A stretch of 64,000 nucleotides of DNA from a virus. Its lineage: Duplodnaviria; Heunggongvirae; Uroviricota; Caudoviricetes. The notes under the pieces were generated by a model. It ran no database searches. It was not told where the DNA came from and saw nothing but the letters and a program-made list of their open reading frames with translations. Of this stretch, positions 50,901 to 59,886 are shown piece by piece. The stretch is from IMG/VR virus record IMGVR_UViG_2541047715_000004; one strand, 5' to 3'. The position numbers were made by a program, and so were the translations under genes. How positions within the stretch are numbered: position 1 is the first letter of the stretch; every line of letters begins with the position of its first letter.

Positions 50901-52517
50901 CAACAGAAACTGGCAGCCGGATACCAGAAGGCTCTGGACAAAGCTGATCAGCTTATGGGGCAAATGGGTGAAAGCTCTAAGGCTACGGTATCGTTTGATC
51001 AGTCTCTTCGCGATACAACGAAATCGCTGACAGATTTGGCTAATGCGGTTCCTAACGAGTTCATCACTCAAGAGATGATCGACAAGGCGAAAAAACGTCT
51101 TGAAGACCTAAAAAATGCGACACCTGAATATCGCGAGATGTTTAATCGCCGCAATGTTGAGCAGATGATCTCCACTTGGGCACCGGAATCAGATTCCATT
51201 ATCAGTGCTGGCTATACGCCGTCTCGTGAAGAGAAAGTTGCTGATTTCGAAGACACCTACAACCGCAATCTCAAAGCGTTGATAGAACTTCGTGATAAGG
51301 CGTCTGATCCTAAAGTTGTGGCGCTTTATACAAAGAAAATCAATCAACTGATTGCTGCTGGCAATACCGCGCTTATTAAAGAGACGGGGACTGCGACGCA
51401 GAAGTTGGCACTGGAATACGAAAACTTGGCAGAGCAGATCGAAAGCACCTGGACTGATTTGTTTAGTGGCTTAACTGATGTCCTGACTGATTTCGTTATT
51501 AACGGGAAGATGAGCTTCTCCAGCCTATCTCAGTCCATTTTGAAAGATATCACCAATATGGTCGTGAAGTCGCAAATCACGCTGCCTCTAATGAACATGT
51601 TGGGGATGGGAACCACCGCAGCTGGTAGTTCACAGAGTGGCAATTTGCTCACTGGAGTTGCTTCTGCCGTTGCCAATCAAGGTGTACGAATGGGCAACAC
51701 TGTTAATGGCGACAAGTCGGTAGGAGAAGCCACGAAGGAGACGTCCAGTTCGGTAACTGGATTGGGGCAAACAACACAGCAGACCACCAGCGCAATTGGC
51801 ACTGCAACAAATGCGATTGGTAGCTGGGTATCAGGGCTATTTGATAGCACTGAAGCCAAAGATGCCGAGACAAAAGCCGTGAAGGACTCCATCTTCTCGA
51901 TGCAGAACCTCAGCTCTGTTACCGGCGCTCTGTCTGCCGCGTTTGCAATGCTTGGAGCTAATGCTTCCGGCTATGGTAATAAGTGGTTGAATTTCGGCGC
52001 GACAGTTGCATCTGGTTTGGTTTCAGTATGGGCTGGTGGTGGATTCGATGGATTGATGTCCGGTTCTTCTGGCTCAACTTCCGGGTTCAACAATCTGACC
52101 AGTTCTGCTGCCGATGGCACGAATGGTATTCCTGCAATTCCGAAGTTTGCAAATGGTGGCATATTCGGAAAAGACGGCGTGATCCCGCTCCGGGCATACC
52201 AGAAAGGCGGTATCGCCAACTCACCTCAATTGGCGTTGTTTGGGGAAGGCGATATGAATGAGGCGTATGTTCCATTGCCTGATGGTCGAACAATCCCTGT
52301 AACGCTCAGTACCGATGGTATGAGTGGAGGAGGAAATGTTCTTTCTCCGGTATCAATTGAGATCAACGTCCATAGTGACGGTAGCACAACTGAATCCGGC
52401 GATACAGAAAGCATATGGAACAATGCCGCTCAACGGATGAAAGCAATCGCGCTTGAGACTATCGCTCAAGAGAAACGCCCTGGCGGATCACTCAACCCAA
52501 ACACTCAACGTAACTAA
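47925..52517 (+). CDS. tail tape measure protein
   Basis: 1530 aa, coiled-coil-rich, Gly-rich hydrophobic central segment. Confidence 0.85.
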   Translation: MAEDDKGMSQNVEFILSLEDKQFTASIDRAGKLLTRFGEQVTKPAQKIQTFERSLGSVARIIGVLESKLDSTADKLQDVAAGFELASDATRKMRGNITSLNSGLKALIERVDTTASSVDKLTASLRKVQSELNDFSDWATYASKSASRFGTEVKEASASVSGMNTRLNTTTKRLSNWGVTTSQAAEGLKKVREQMDEVIGRQQLISKPVRVRTSGSGDGGSGRRSGASGHSGKSNEGGMFSGLRGNIFLLGEIGDAARTVTDIMFGWQKPIVEAAAEMERMRVMLRGLNKEKSNPGQAAADDMKYIVDMAQNAPFAMQALTDSFVKFRSAGLDPTDGSLKALVDSVARFGGDSELLKRAAVAVQQMSGKGVVSMEELRQQLGEAVPNAMQAMADAAGITMGELTKAVASGTVEAKQALSLMFVGLRAENENAAKDMMQTYTGALAQLQTSFTLFADRVGQAGYLDSLSKGMKELASIMNSAEGISFANSLGSGLTTAIDGLRQLAQWLAKNQELVINLGKVVAAMVAFKLMRAGIMGVVGAGSQMVSTFATMATAIQTPFNLGATAVTRFNRAARMGLAPIPSLIFAIRGAITGLKGAFAGLTAFIAANPIGAAFTVATVAVAGLITYMTMLRSETSKVVDEIRKIPEAMTAAKRAQMADRAEKLEKQILADQRALKTGEGVNYVSNSAGVITHKESKADIEARLKKNQEEYQKITGTIALGDGAVAKRLAKEAAESQIEKIRAENQIFAATFVKARQEALDKIQKINDDGSLSDDEKNKLLAPLRETVNKSYLEPAQKLVDSLSSRKNATEKQIATLNDQLEKAKKDGNTEQIQKLQGSIRGYQEHLEAVAQELTQAEFERDNAAKTGKGVMSNQGTVLGLGTTDKAAQKALAQYMRNQMDSATYQRTLPDGTPMMDFEGKPIIGPKQLKTQLNLQKASSASSLEKMSDEERAAAIAALTKAREQDAAAAEKAAQRSANASQRAAKKEQAAQQKLAAGYQKALDKADQLMGQMGESSKATVSFDQSLRDTTKSLTDLANAVPNEFITQEMIDKAKKRLEDLKNATPEYREMFNRRNVEQMISTWAPESDSIISAGYTPSREEKVADFEDTYNRNLKALIELRDKASDPKVVALYTKKINQLIAAGNTALIKETGTATQKLALEYENLAEQIESTWTDLFSGLTDVLTDFVINGKMSFSSLSQSILKDITNMVVKSQITLPLMNMLGMGTTAAGSSQSGNLLTGVASAVANQGVRMGNTVNGDKSVGEATKETSSSVTGLGQTTQQTTSAIGTATNAIGSWVSGLFDSTEAKDAETKAVKDSIFSMQNLSSVTGALSAAFAMLGANASGYGNKWLNFGATVASGLVSVWAGGGFDGLMSGSSGSTSGFNNLTSSAADGTNGIPAIPKFANGGIFGKDGVIPLRAYQKGGIANSPQLALFGEGDMNEAYVPLPDGRTIPVTLSTDGMSGGGNVLSPVSIEINVHSDGSTTESGDTESIWNNAAQRMKAIALETIAQEKRPGGSLNPNTQRN

Positions 52518-52559
52518 CTATCGACTGCCCCGACCGGGGCAGTCTCACAAGGATGTGAG

Positions 52560-52895
52560 ATGGAAAGACAAACGTTTAATTGGTATCCAGATTACGAATC
52601 TGAAAAGAGCGTAAAACCGAATGTAACGGTACTTAATTTTGGTGATGACTACGAGCAGAGACAGGCTCAAGGTCTTAATCGTATTAAAGAAGAATGGTCG
52701 TTAACCTTTACCAGATCATACAACGAAATTAATGCAATCGATGACTTCCTGACTGAGCGAGCAGGCGTTGAGTCGTTCTATTGGGTTAATCCAAGAGGAA
52801 AACGGATTGTAGTTGTATGTGACAGTCATACGGTCAAGCGATATCAGGGGTACTGTGTCTTAACTGCTACATTCAGACAAGTATTTGAGGCTTAA
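52560..52895 (+). CDS. minor tail protein (lambda gpM-like)
   Basis: 111 aa after tape measure. Confidence 0.6.
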   Translation: MERQTFNWYPDYESEKSVKPNVTVLNFGDDYEQRQAQGLNRIKEEWSLTFTRSYNEINAIDDFLTERAGVESFYWVNPRGKRIVVVCDSHTVKRYQGYCVLTATFRQVFEA

Positions 52896-52977
52896 GTATC
52901 TGGATAAGTAAGTACTAATTTACTATCATTGTGGCGCTGACAGGATGTTAGCGCCTACTTATTTTAAGGATGAAACA

Positions 52978-53676
52978 ATGGGAATTAAAGCTGATATTCA
53001 GAGCTTATCTCCCTCTGCACTCATTGAGTTGTTCGTATTGGATATGTCGAACACAACTTCAGGGGGGAAGCTATTCTTCCACGCCGGAACAAACGAACTG
53101 ATGCAACCGGTCGTCTGGCAAGGAGTGACATACGAGCCGTGGCCAATCAAAGCATCAGGCTTTGACAAAACTGGCCAGGGAACGTTGCCACGTCCAAAAA
53201 TTCAGGTATCGAACTTTGCCGGAACCGTCTCTGCGGAAGTTCAGGCGAACGACGATCTTGTTGGCTGCCGCATTATTCGCAAGATGACGCTGGCTCGCTT
53301 CCTCGATGCCGTTAATTTTAAAGACGGCAACCCAACAGCAGATCCAAACCAACATTTCCCGGATGAAATGTGGTTTATCGAACAGAAAACTCTCGAAACT
53401 CATCAGGTTGTCGAGTTTGAATTGTCCAGTGTGTTCGATTTGATGGGGGTGCAACTGCCGTATCGTCAGATCATTAAAAACACCTGCCCGTGGAAATACC
53501 GAGGGCCAGAATGCGGCTATACCGGTCCATATTTCGACAAAAATAACCAGCAGACGTCTATGTCTGGTGCGGATTACTGCACAAAACGTTATGACGCCTG
53601 TAATGCGCGTCGGAATTATTTTGCCGACGGTGTGATCCATTTTGGCGGATTTATTGGAGCTACGCGGTATGGGTAA
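52978..53676 (+). CDS. minor tail protein (lambda gpL-like)
   Basis: 232 aa from ATG 52978; CPWKYRGPECGY matches gpL Cys motif. Confidence 0.7.
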   Translation: MGIKADIQSLSPSALIELFVLDMSNTTSGGKLFFHAGTNELMQPVVWQGVTYEPWPIKASGFDKTGQGTLPRPKIQVSNFAGTVSAEVQANDDLVGCRIIRKMTLARFLDAVNFKDGNPTADPNQHFPDEMWFIEQKTLETHQVVEFELSSVFDLMGVQLPYRQIIKNTCPWKYRGPECGYTGPYFDKNNQQTSMSGADYCTKRYDACNARRNYFADGVIHFGGFIGATRYG

Positions 53677-54466
53677 TAAAGCAATCCCTGAGCTTGGCTC
53701 TGACGTTATGCAGCAAATCTATCTCTGCGCCATAAATCGCTACCCTAATGAAGCGTGTGGCTTTCTGGTTAGAACTAATGGCGACAAATATCGCTTTATG
53801 GAAGCGCGGAATGTTTCGGAGAACCCGCAGAACACTTTTGTAATGCACGTTGACGACATTATGGCGGCAGAGGATGCGGGTGATGTTATCGCAATCTGGC
53901 ATTCACATACTGATGAATCAGCAGAAGCATCTGATGCCGATCGTGCAGGCTGCGAAGCGACGGAAGTTCCGTGGATGATTCTGGCTATTCGCAAGAATGT
54001 TGAGGGAGATGCCCCTTTCCATTTTAGCGAGATGAATGTGATCACACCTGATGGTTTCGAAATGCCATACCTGGGCAGACCGTATGTATTTGGCGTATTC
54101 GATTGCTGGATGTTGTGTCGGGACTATTTGAAGCGTGAGTTTAACGTCGAACTAAACCCGAACGCACACCTGCATATTCCATCGTGGTACACCGGCGATA
54201 ACGACATTCTCGATCAGAACTACCGTAACGAGGGATTGGTGCGTCTTGCGCCCGGAACAGAGCCTCAACGTGGGGACATCTTCTTTATCCAATACGGGAA
54301 AATGCCTGACCACTGCGCGGTTTATATCGGCGATGGAATGATTCTTCATCACCAGATCGACCGCCTTAGTTGTCGTGCTTATTACGGCGGAATGTATCAG
54401 AAACATACGACGCATCACTTGCGTCACAGAGACTTGCTCAAGGGAGATGAGACGTGTCTGAGTTAG
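53669..54466 (+). CDS. tail tip protein (lambda gpK-like) with MPN/JAMM and NlpC/P60 domains
   Basis: JAMM motif HSHTDESAEASDAD; C-terminal Cys...His...His (FDCWMLCRDY, DHCAVYIG, ILHH). Confidence 0.8.
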   Translation: MGNKAIPELGSDVMQQIYLCAINRYPNEACGFLVRTNGDKYRFMEARNVSENPQNTFVMHVDDIMAAEDAGDVIAIWHSHTDESAEASDADRAGCEATEVPWMILAIRKNVEGDAPFHFSEMNVITPDGFEMPYLGRPYVFGVFDCWMLCRDYLKREFNVELNPNAHLHIPSWYTGDNDILDQNYRNEGLVRLAPGTEPQRGDIFFIQYGKMPDHCAVYIGDGMILHHQIDRLSCRAYYGGMYQKHTTHHLRHRDLLKGDETCLS

Positions 54467-55047
54467 TTCATGTGCAGCTTGGCGGCCCTATGGCCAAACA
54501 TTTTGGCCGCCACTGGCATCTAAAGGTGCGCAATACAAAACAGGCTCTGGATTTAATTGAGGCCAACAAGCCTGGGTTTAAAGCATGGATGAAGCGCAAT
54601 ATCAAAACCTATGACCGTTACCACATCCAGATCACCAATAAACAGGGCCACAAGTGGTCTGTTGACGAAAGTGAATATCAGATGATGGGGCAGTCTGACA
54701 ACATTGCCAAAATCCGCATTACACCTGTTCCGCGAGGAAGCGGTGGATCTGCTTTTGGGTGGTTTCAGACGGTAGTAGGGGCCGCTTTGTTGGTTGTATC
54801 GGCGGTAGTGATGCCTGCTTTAGCACCTCTCGGTTTGTCACTGATGATGGGCGGCATATCACAAATCATATCGCCGCAAGCCACTAACGAAAGTGTGAGA
54901 CAGGCAGATAACTCGAACTCTTATTATTTCGACGGCCCTCAAAATACAGAAAACCAGGGCAACCCAGTACAACTTATCTATGGCGAGGAAATTCTGGTTG
55001 GCTCACAGGTTGTGAGTTCTTCAATCACGATTGACCAGCTAATGTAA
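54454..55047 (+). CDS. tail assembly protein (lambda gpI-like)
   Basis: GTG start after GGAGA; hydrophobic C-terminal region. Confidence 0.65.
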   Translation: MSELVHVQLGGPMAKHFGRHWHLKVRNTKQALDLIEANKPGFKAWMKRNIKTYDRYHIQITNKQGHKWSVDESEYQMMGQSDNIAKIRITPVPRGSGGSAFGWFQTVVGAALLVVSAVVMPALAPLGLSLMMGGISQIISPQATNESVRQADNSNSYYFDGPQNTENQGNPVQLIYGEEILVGSQVVSSSITIDQLM

Positions 55048-55065
55048 ACAAGGATTTTTTTGAAC

Positions 55066-58000
55066 ATGGAACAGTTCAAGAAGAAAAAGTTACCGCTGTT
55101 TATTGCAGGTGCGGGTGGTAAAAAAAGCAGCAAAAGCTCTAGCCGTACACCGGTTGAAGCCGACGATACCGTAAATTCTCGTGCAATGGCCGCTATCCTC
55201 GATCTTCTTGGGGAAGGGGTAATTGGCGGCTTGGTAAATGGCGCAAGATCTATTTTTGTCGACGATCTGCCGATTGTAAATGAAGACGGTTCCTCCAACT
55301 TCAGCGGAATCACATGGGATTTTCGCGACGGTTCGCAAGACCAGACTCCAATGTCTGGCTTTGATTTCGTTGAAACGCCTAAATCCGTCAATATCCAGTT
55401 AAAAAAAACACATTATGTAACGGTTTCAATCGATAACGATGAAGCTGATCGGGTTCGTGTCATCATGAAGTTTCCTTCTTTGCGAAGCATAGATAAAAAA
55501 ACTGGTGACACGAACGGTACAACCGTTGAGTACAAGTTCCAGATAGCAAATGGCGACTCAACATTTGTAGATGTGGTCGCAGAAGGTGAAAAAAGCGTTG
55601 GCATTAAGCTAACAGCAAAGAAGACAGGTGTTTATTACCGTAGCTATGAGCTGAAGCTGCCTAAGCCTGGACGCGCGTACAAGGTTCGTGTAGTCCGTAT
55701 TACCGATGATAACAGCAGCCAGTATCTCTATAACGATACATGGGTGGACTCAATAGGTGAGATTGTAGATACACCGATGAACTACCCAAACTCTGTGCTG
55801 GTGGGTCTGAAGGTTAATTCTGAGCAGTTTGGTAGCACCATGCCATCTCGTTCGTATTTGGTACGTGGATTAAAAATTCGCGTGCCGTCAAACTACAACG
55901 AGGCCAGCAACACTTATGATGGTGTATGGGATGGCACTTTTAAGCTGTTGTCTTCTTCAAACCCCGCGTGGATTCTCTTTGATTTGCTTACCAATGCTCG
56001 ATATGGCCTTGGTCAGTATGTGTCGGAATCTATGATTGACCTCGGCCAGCTATACCAGATCGGTCGATATTGTGACGAAGAGGTTGATGATGGCTTTGGT
56101 GGTAAAGAGAAACGCTTTGCAATCAATACGCAGATCACCAGTCGACAGGACGCATACCGATTAATTCAGGATATTGCCGGTGCATTCCGCGGTATGGTGT
56201 TTTGGGCTGGTGGCATGGTTAACATCATGCAGGATAGCCCATCAGATCCGGTAATGATGTTTACCAACTCTAACGTCAAAGATGGATTGTTTACCTATAA
56301 AGGTTCTGCGCGTAAAGATCGCCCATCCGTTGCGCTCGTAACCTACAACAACAAGGAGGACGGTTATAAGCAAAACATCGAGTACGTTGAAGATCAGGAC
56401 GCAATGCGCCGTTATGGTGAGCGTAAGACAGAAGTCGTAGCATTTGGCTGTACAAGCCGAGGGCAGGCTCACCGAGTTGGTTTGTGGCTTTTATATACCG
56501 CCAGAATGGAGTCGGATGTAATTACATTTACTGCCGGCTTAGACGCGTCATTTCTGATGCCTGGTGAAACCGTTCTGATTCAGAACAAATATCGCGCAGG
56601 CAAACGTAACTCAGGTCGAATTGTGGCGTTTACCAAAAACAGCGTCACACTCGATGCGCCGGTGTCGTTAGCCAAAGGCGGCTGCTTTATTCGAATACTG
56701 AATCATGAAGGCAAAATCGTTGAACGCGATGTTCTTGAAACTGGCGAAAATATAACAAAAGTTACGTTTTCAAAATCCCTGTCTTCGGCTGAAACGCCTG
56801 TTTTGAACGGCGTCTGGACTATTACAGAACCAGACCTCGAACCTATGCGCGTTCGCATCGTTAACATCGCGCAGGGGGAAACGCCGGGTAGCTTTGACAT
56901 CACCGCTGTTGAGAACAATCCGTCTAAATATGAGGCGATCGACAATGGTGCAACGCTTATCCCGCAGAATACGACGGTATTGGACCCGACTTACTCCAAG
57001 CCGTCTAATTTGCAAATCACTGAAGGAACTTACCTCTCAAGCCCGGGCAACCTGTCAGTAAAACTGACTGCAACATGGGAAGGGAAATCTCCAGAGTATT
57101 GGATCAGTTGGCGACGTTCTGATGAAAACAATGTATCGAACTGGCAATCGGCGCGTGTAACCGAAGAGCAATACGAAATCGTTAATGTCGCGGAGAATGG
57201 ACGCTACGACTTCCAACTGTATGCGGTTTCATTCAACGGTAAAAAAACAGAGATTATCAGTGCCGTTTATCAGGTGTTGGGCACAATGACACCGCCGGAT
57301 TCCCCAACGTCATTAACGGCCGTTGGAGACTATCGTAATGTAATACTGAATTGGGTTAATCCAGATTCGGTAGACCTTGATCACATTAATGTTTACGCAT
57401 CCCAGACCAACAATCTGGATACGGCGAAACTGATCGCAGAGTCTGCAAGCACCACCTTTACACATGCTGGTCTTGGGGATAGCGAAACGTGGTATTACTG
57501 GGTTCGAGCATCGAACAAGCGAGGTATGTTAAGTCCTCCGAACTCAAACTTGGGTACAGAGGCGACAACTCGCGATGTACTGTCGTTCCTGACTGGCAAA
57601 ATTACATCTTCCGAGCTTGGTCAGGCTCTGCTTGAGGACATCAACAGCAAAGCCTCTCAAGAAGCAGTTGACGAGTTAAATGAGCATATCAACCAGAGCG
57701 TCGAATCTTTGGAGGGGGCGGTAAACGACGTTAAGGAAGATATAGCTGAATTAGATAAGCAGTTCAGCGATAACCTCGCGGATTTTGAAATAAAATTCAA
57801 CGAGCGTAGCGATGCTTTGGAGAACGCACAAACCGAGCTTAAAGGTGAGGTTTCGGCAACGATTGACAAGGTCAATGAAGCGTTTGAAAAAATTGATGCT
57901 ACTGATGCTGCAATTGTTGAAATCGAAAACACCGTATCTGAACACGATAAAGCTCTCGCTAATACAGTCGAGGCAATAAAGGCTGCAAGAGATGAAGCGG

Positions 58001-59793
58001 CGGCTCTTATTGCTAAGGAAAGCGAGGCTCGTGTTGAAGGCGATGCTGCAAACGCTAAACAACTGGAAGTGTTGCAGTCAACGGTAGAGGAAAGCTCCGC
58101 TGCCGTTGAAGAAATGAAAAAGACGGTTGCAGAGGTCGATCGTGCCAGTGCAGAACTGACTACGAACATTGAGGCGTTAGCCAAAACAAATATTGACCTG
58201 GCTCTTCGTCAAGATGAAGACCAGCACAAGCAGATGGTCAATAACGCGAAGATCGCAACAACACAGAAAACCTTTGCTGATGATATGTCTGCAATGGCCA
58301 CGAAGGTTGAGGAAATTCGCGTAGAAATTGGCGAAGACATTAAGGCCAGTATTCTGGAAGAGTCCACCGCGCGTGCCGATGGCGATGAAGCGTTGGCAAA
58401 GCGTGTCACTCAGCTGCAATCTAAGTTTGAAGGAGATATCAGCGCGGCGATTAGTACAGAGCAGGAGGCTCGTACATCTGCCGATGAAGCTCTGACGACA
58501 CAGATCACTCAGCTTGAGTCGAAAGTAAGCAACGATATCGTCGCAGCTATTAAGGAAGAGCAAGAAGCCCGAGCAACGGAAGATTCGGCTCTGGCAAGCC
58601 AGATCACCCAACTTCAGGCAAAGGTTGATGATGATATTTCTGCTGCAATACGTAGTGAGCAGGAGGCTCGAGCAAGCGGGGACTCTGCGTTAGCCAAACA
58701 AATAAACCAGCTTCAGTCAAAGGTTGACGGTGATATATCCGCTGCCATCACTCAGGAGCAGGAGGCCAGGGCAAGTGCTGACCAGGCGCTCTCACGAGAA
58801 ATTAACAGCCTGCGAGCACAAACCGGAACTGATATTGCCGCAGCGGTTGCTGTAGAGACAAAAGCAAGGACTGATGCCGATAGTGCATTGTCTACCCAGA
58901 TTACGTCTCTTACAGCAAAAGCTAATGATCTCGAGGCGTCTCTTGCCAGAGAAACAACGGCTCGTGCAGATGGTGATACCGCTTTAACAAAAGAGGTTTC
59001 AAGTTTAAAAGCACAGACAGCGAAAGATATTAGTGCGGCCGTTGCAGTTGAAACGCAGGCTCGAACTGATGCTGACTCGGCGTTGTCGTCTCAGATCACC
59101 AAGCTGACCTCTCAATACAAAGAGGATATTAAAGCGGCTGTAGCAACCGAAACGAAAACGCGTACAGAGCAAGATGCTGCATTGGCGACTCAAATCACAA
59201 ACTTAGAGTCTCAAACGGCAGCCAACATTTCCGCGGCGGTAACAACTGAAACGACAGCGAGAATGCAGGCAGATAATGCTCTGAGTGGGCGAATCGATAC
59301 TCTGAAAGCAGAGGTGGATGGAAATACCGCGACAATTCAACAGCAGGCAACAGCTATTGCTGATACCAACAAAAAAGTGTCAACCGCGTGGACGTTGAAA
59401 ATGGAAACTTCAACGAGCGGAGGGCAGAAGTATGTTGCTGGTATTGCGCTTGGTATCGACACCACTGGCCTTTCTCAGTTTTTGGTGCAGGCTGACAGGT
59501 TTGGTTTGGTCAACTCTGTTAACGGGAAGATCACAACGCCATTTGTTATCGAAAACAGTATCGCCTATATGAATGGAGCGTATATCAAGGATGGCACAAT
59601 CACCAATGCAAAAGTAGGCGATCTGCAATCTACCAATTTTGTTAGCGGTAGATCTGGATGGCGATTCGGCAAAAATGGAACGCTTGAGATCAACGGTAAT
59701 AGCGGCGGCAATGGGCGATTGGTTATAAATGGTCAGCGGATTGACGTTTATGACGATAACAACGTCTTACGAGTAAGAATTGGCCGTCTGTGA
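55066..59793 (+). CDS. central tail fiber / host specificity protein (lambda gpJ-like) with C-terminal coiled-coil repeats
   Basis: 1575 aa after K/I; about 10 tandem 33-aa repeats near C-terminus. Confidence 0.85.
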   Translation: MEQFKKKKLPLFIAGAGGKKSSKSSSRTPVEADDTVNSRAMAAILDLLGEGVIGGLVNGARSIFVDDLPIVNEDGSSNFSGITWDFRDGSQDQTPMSGFDFVETPKSVNIQLKKTHYVTVSIDNDEADRVRVIMKFPSLRSIDKKTGDTNGTTVEYKFQIANGDSTFVDVVAEGEKSVGIKLTAKKTGVYYRSYELKLPKPGRAYKVRVVRITDDNSSQYLYNDTWVDSIGEIVDTPMNYPNSVLVGLKVNSEQFGSTMPSRSYLVRGLKIRVPSNYNEASNTYDGVWDGTFKLLSSSNPAWILFDLLTNARYGLGQYVSESMIDLGQLYQIGRYCDEEVDDGFGGKEKRFAINTQITSRQDAYRLIQDIAGAFRGMVFWAGGMVNIMQDSPSDPVMMFTNSNVKDGLFTYKGSARKDRPSVALVTYNNKEDGYKQNIEYVEDQDAMRRYGERKTEVVAFGCTSRGQAHRVGLWLLYTARMESDVITFTAGLDASFLMPGETVLIQNKYRAGKRNSGRIVAFTKNSVTLDAPVSLAKGGCFIRILNHEGKIVERDVLETGENITKVTFSKSLSSAETPVLNGVWTITEPDLEPMRVRIVNIAQGETPGSFDITAVENNPSKYEAIDNGATLIPQNTTVLDPTYSKPSNLQITEGTYLSSPGNLSVKLTATWEGKSPEYWISWRRSDENNVSNWQSARVTEEQYEIVNVAENGRYDFQLYAVSFNGKKTEIISAVYQVLGTMTPPDSPTSLTAVGDYRNVILNWVNPDSVDLDHINVYASQTNNLDTAKLIAESASTTFTHAGLGDSETWYYWVRASNKRGMLSPPNSNLGTEATTRDVLSFLTGKITSSELGQALLEDINSKASQEAVDELNEHINQSVESLEGAVNDVKEDIAELDKQFSDNLADFEIKFNERSDALENAQTELKGEVSATIDKVNEAFEKIDATDAAIVEIENTVSEHDKALANTVEAIKAARDEAAALIAKESEARVEGDAANAKQLEVLQSTVEESSAAVEEMKKTVAEVDRASAELTTNIEALAKTNIDLALRQDEDQHKQMVNNAKIATTQKTFADDMSAMATKVEEIRVEIGEDIKASILEESTARADGDEALAKRVTQLQSKFEGDISAAISTEQEARTSADEALTTQITQLESKVSNDIVAAIKEEQEARATEDSALASQITQLQAKVDDDISAAIRSEQEARASGDSALAKQINQLQSKVDGDISAAITQEQEARASADQALSREINSLRAQTGTDIAAAVAVETKARTDADSALSTQITSLTAKANDLEASLARETTARADGDTALTKEVSSLKAQTAKDISAAVAVETQARTDADSALSSQITKLTSQYKEDIKAAVATETKTRTEQDAALATQITNLESQTAANISAAVTTETTARMQADNALSGRIDTLKAEVDGNTATIQQQATAIADTNKKVSTAWTLKMETSTSGGQKYVAGIALGIDTTGLSQFLVQADRFGLVNSVNGKITTPFVIENSIAYMNGAYIKDGTITNAKVGDLQSTNFVSGRSGWRFGKNGTLEINGNSGGNGRLVINGQRIDVYDDNNVLRVRIGRL

Positions 59794-59886
59794 TGGTGGA
59801 AAAAAATTTTTATATCGGTAAAAATAGGTGAGTATCTACTTAATGGCGGGCAAGGATAGCCCGCCAAATCAAGGAGCATATTCAAC

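Noticed and set aside
48318-50941. Multiple minus-strand ORFs (up to 179 aa)
   Set aside because: All antisense within the tape measure gene.
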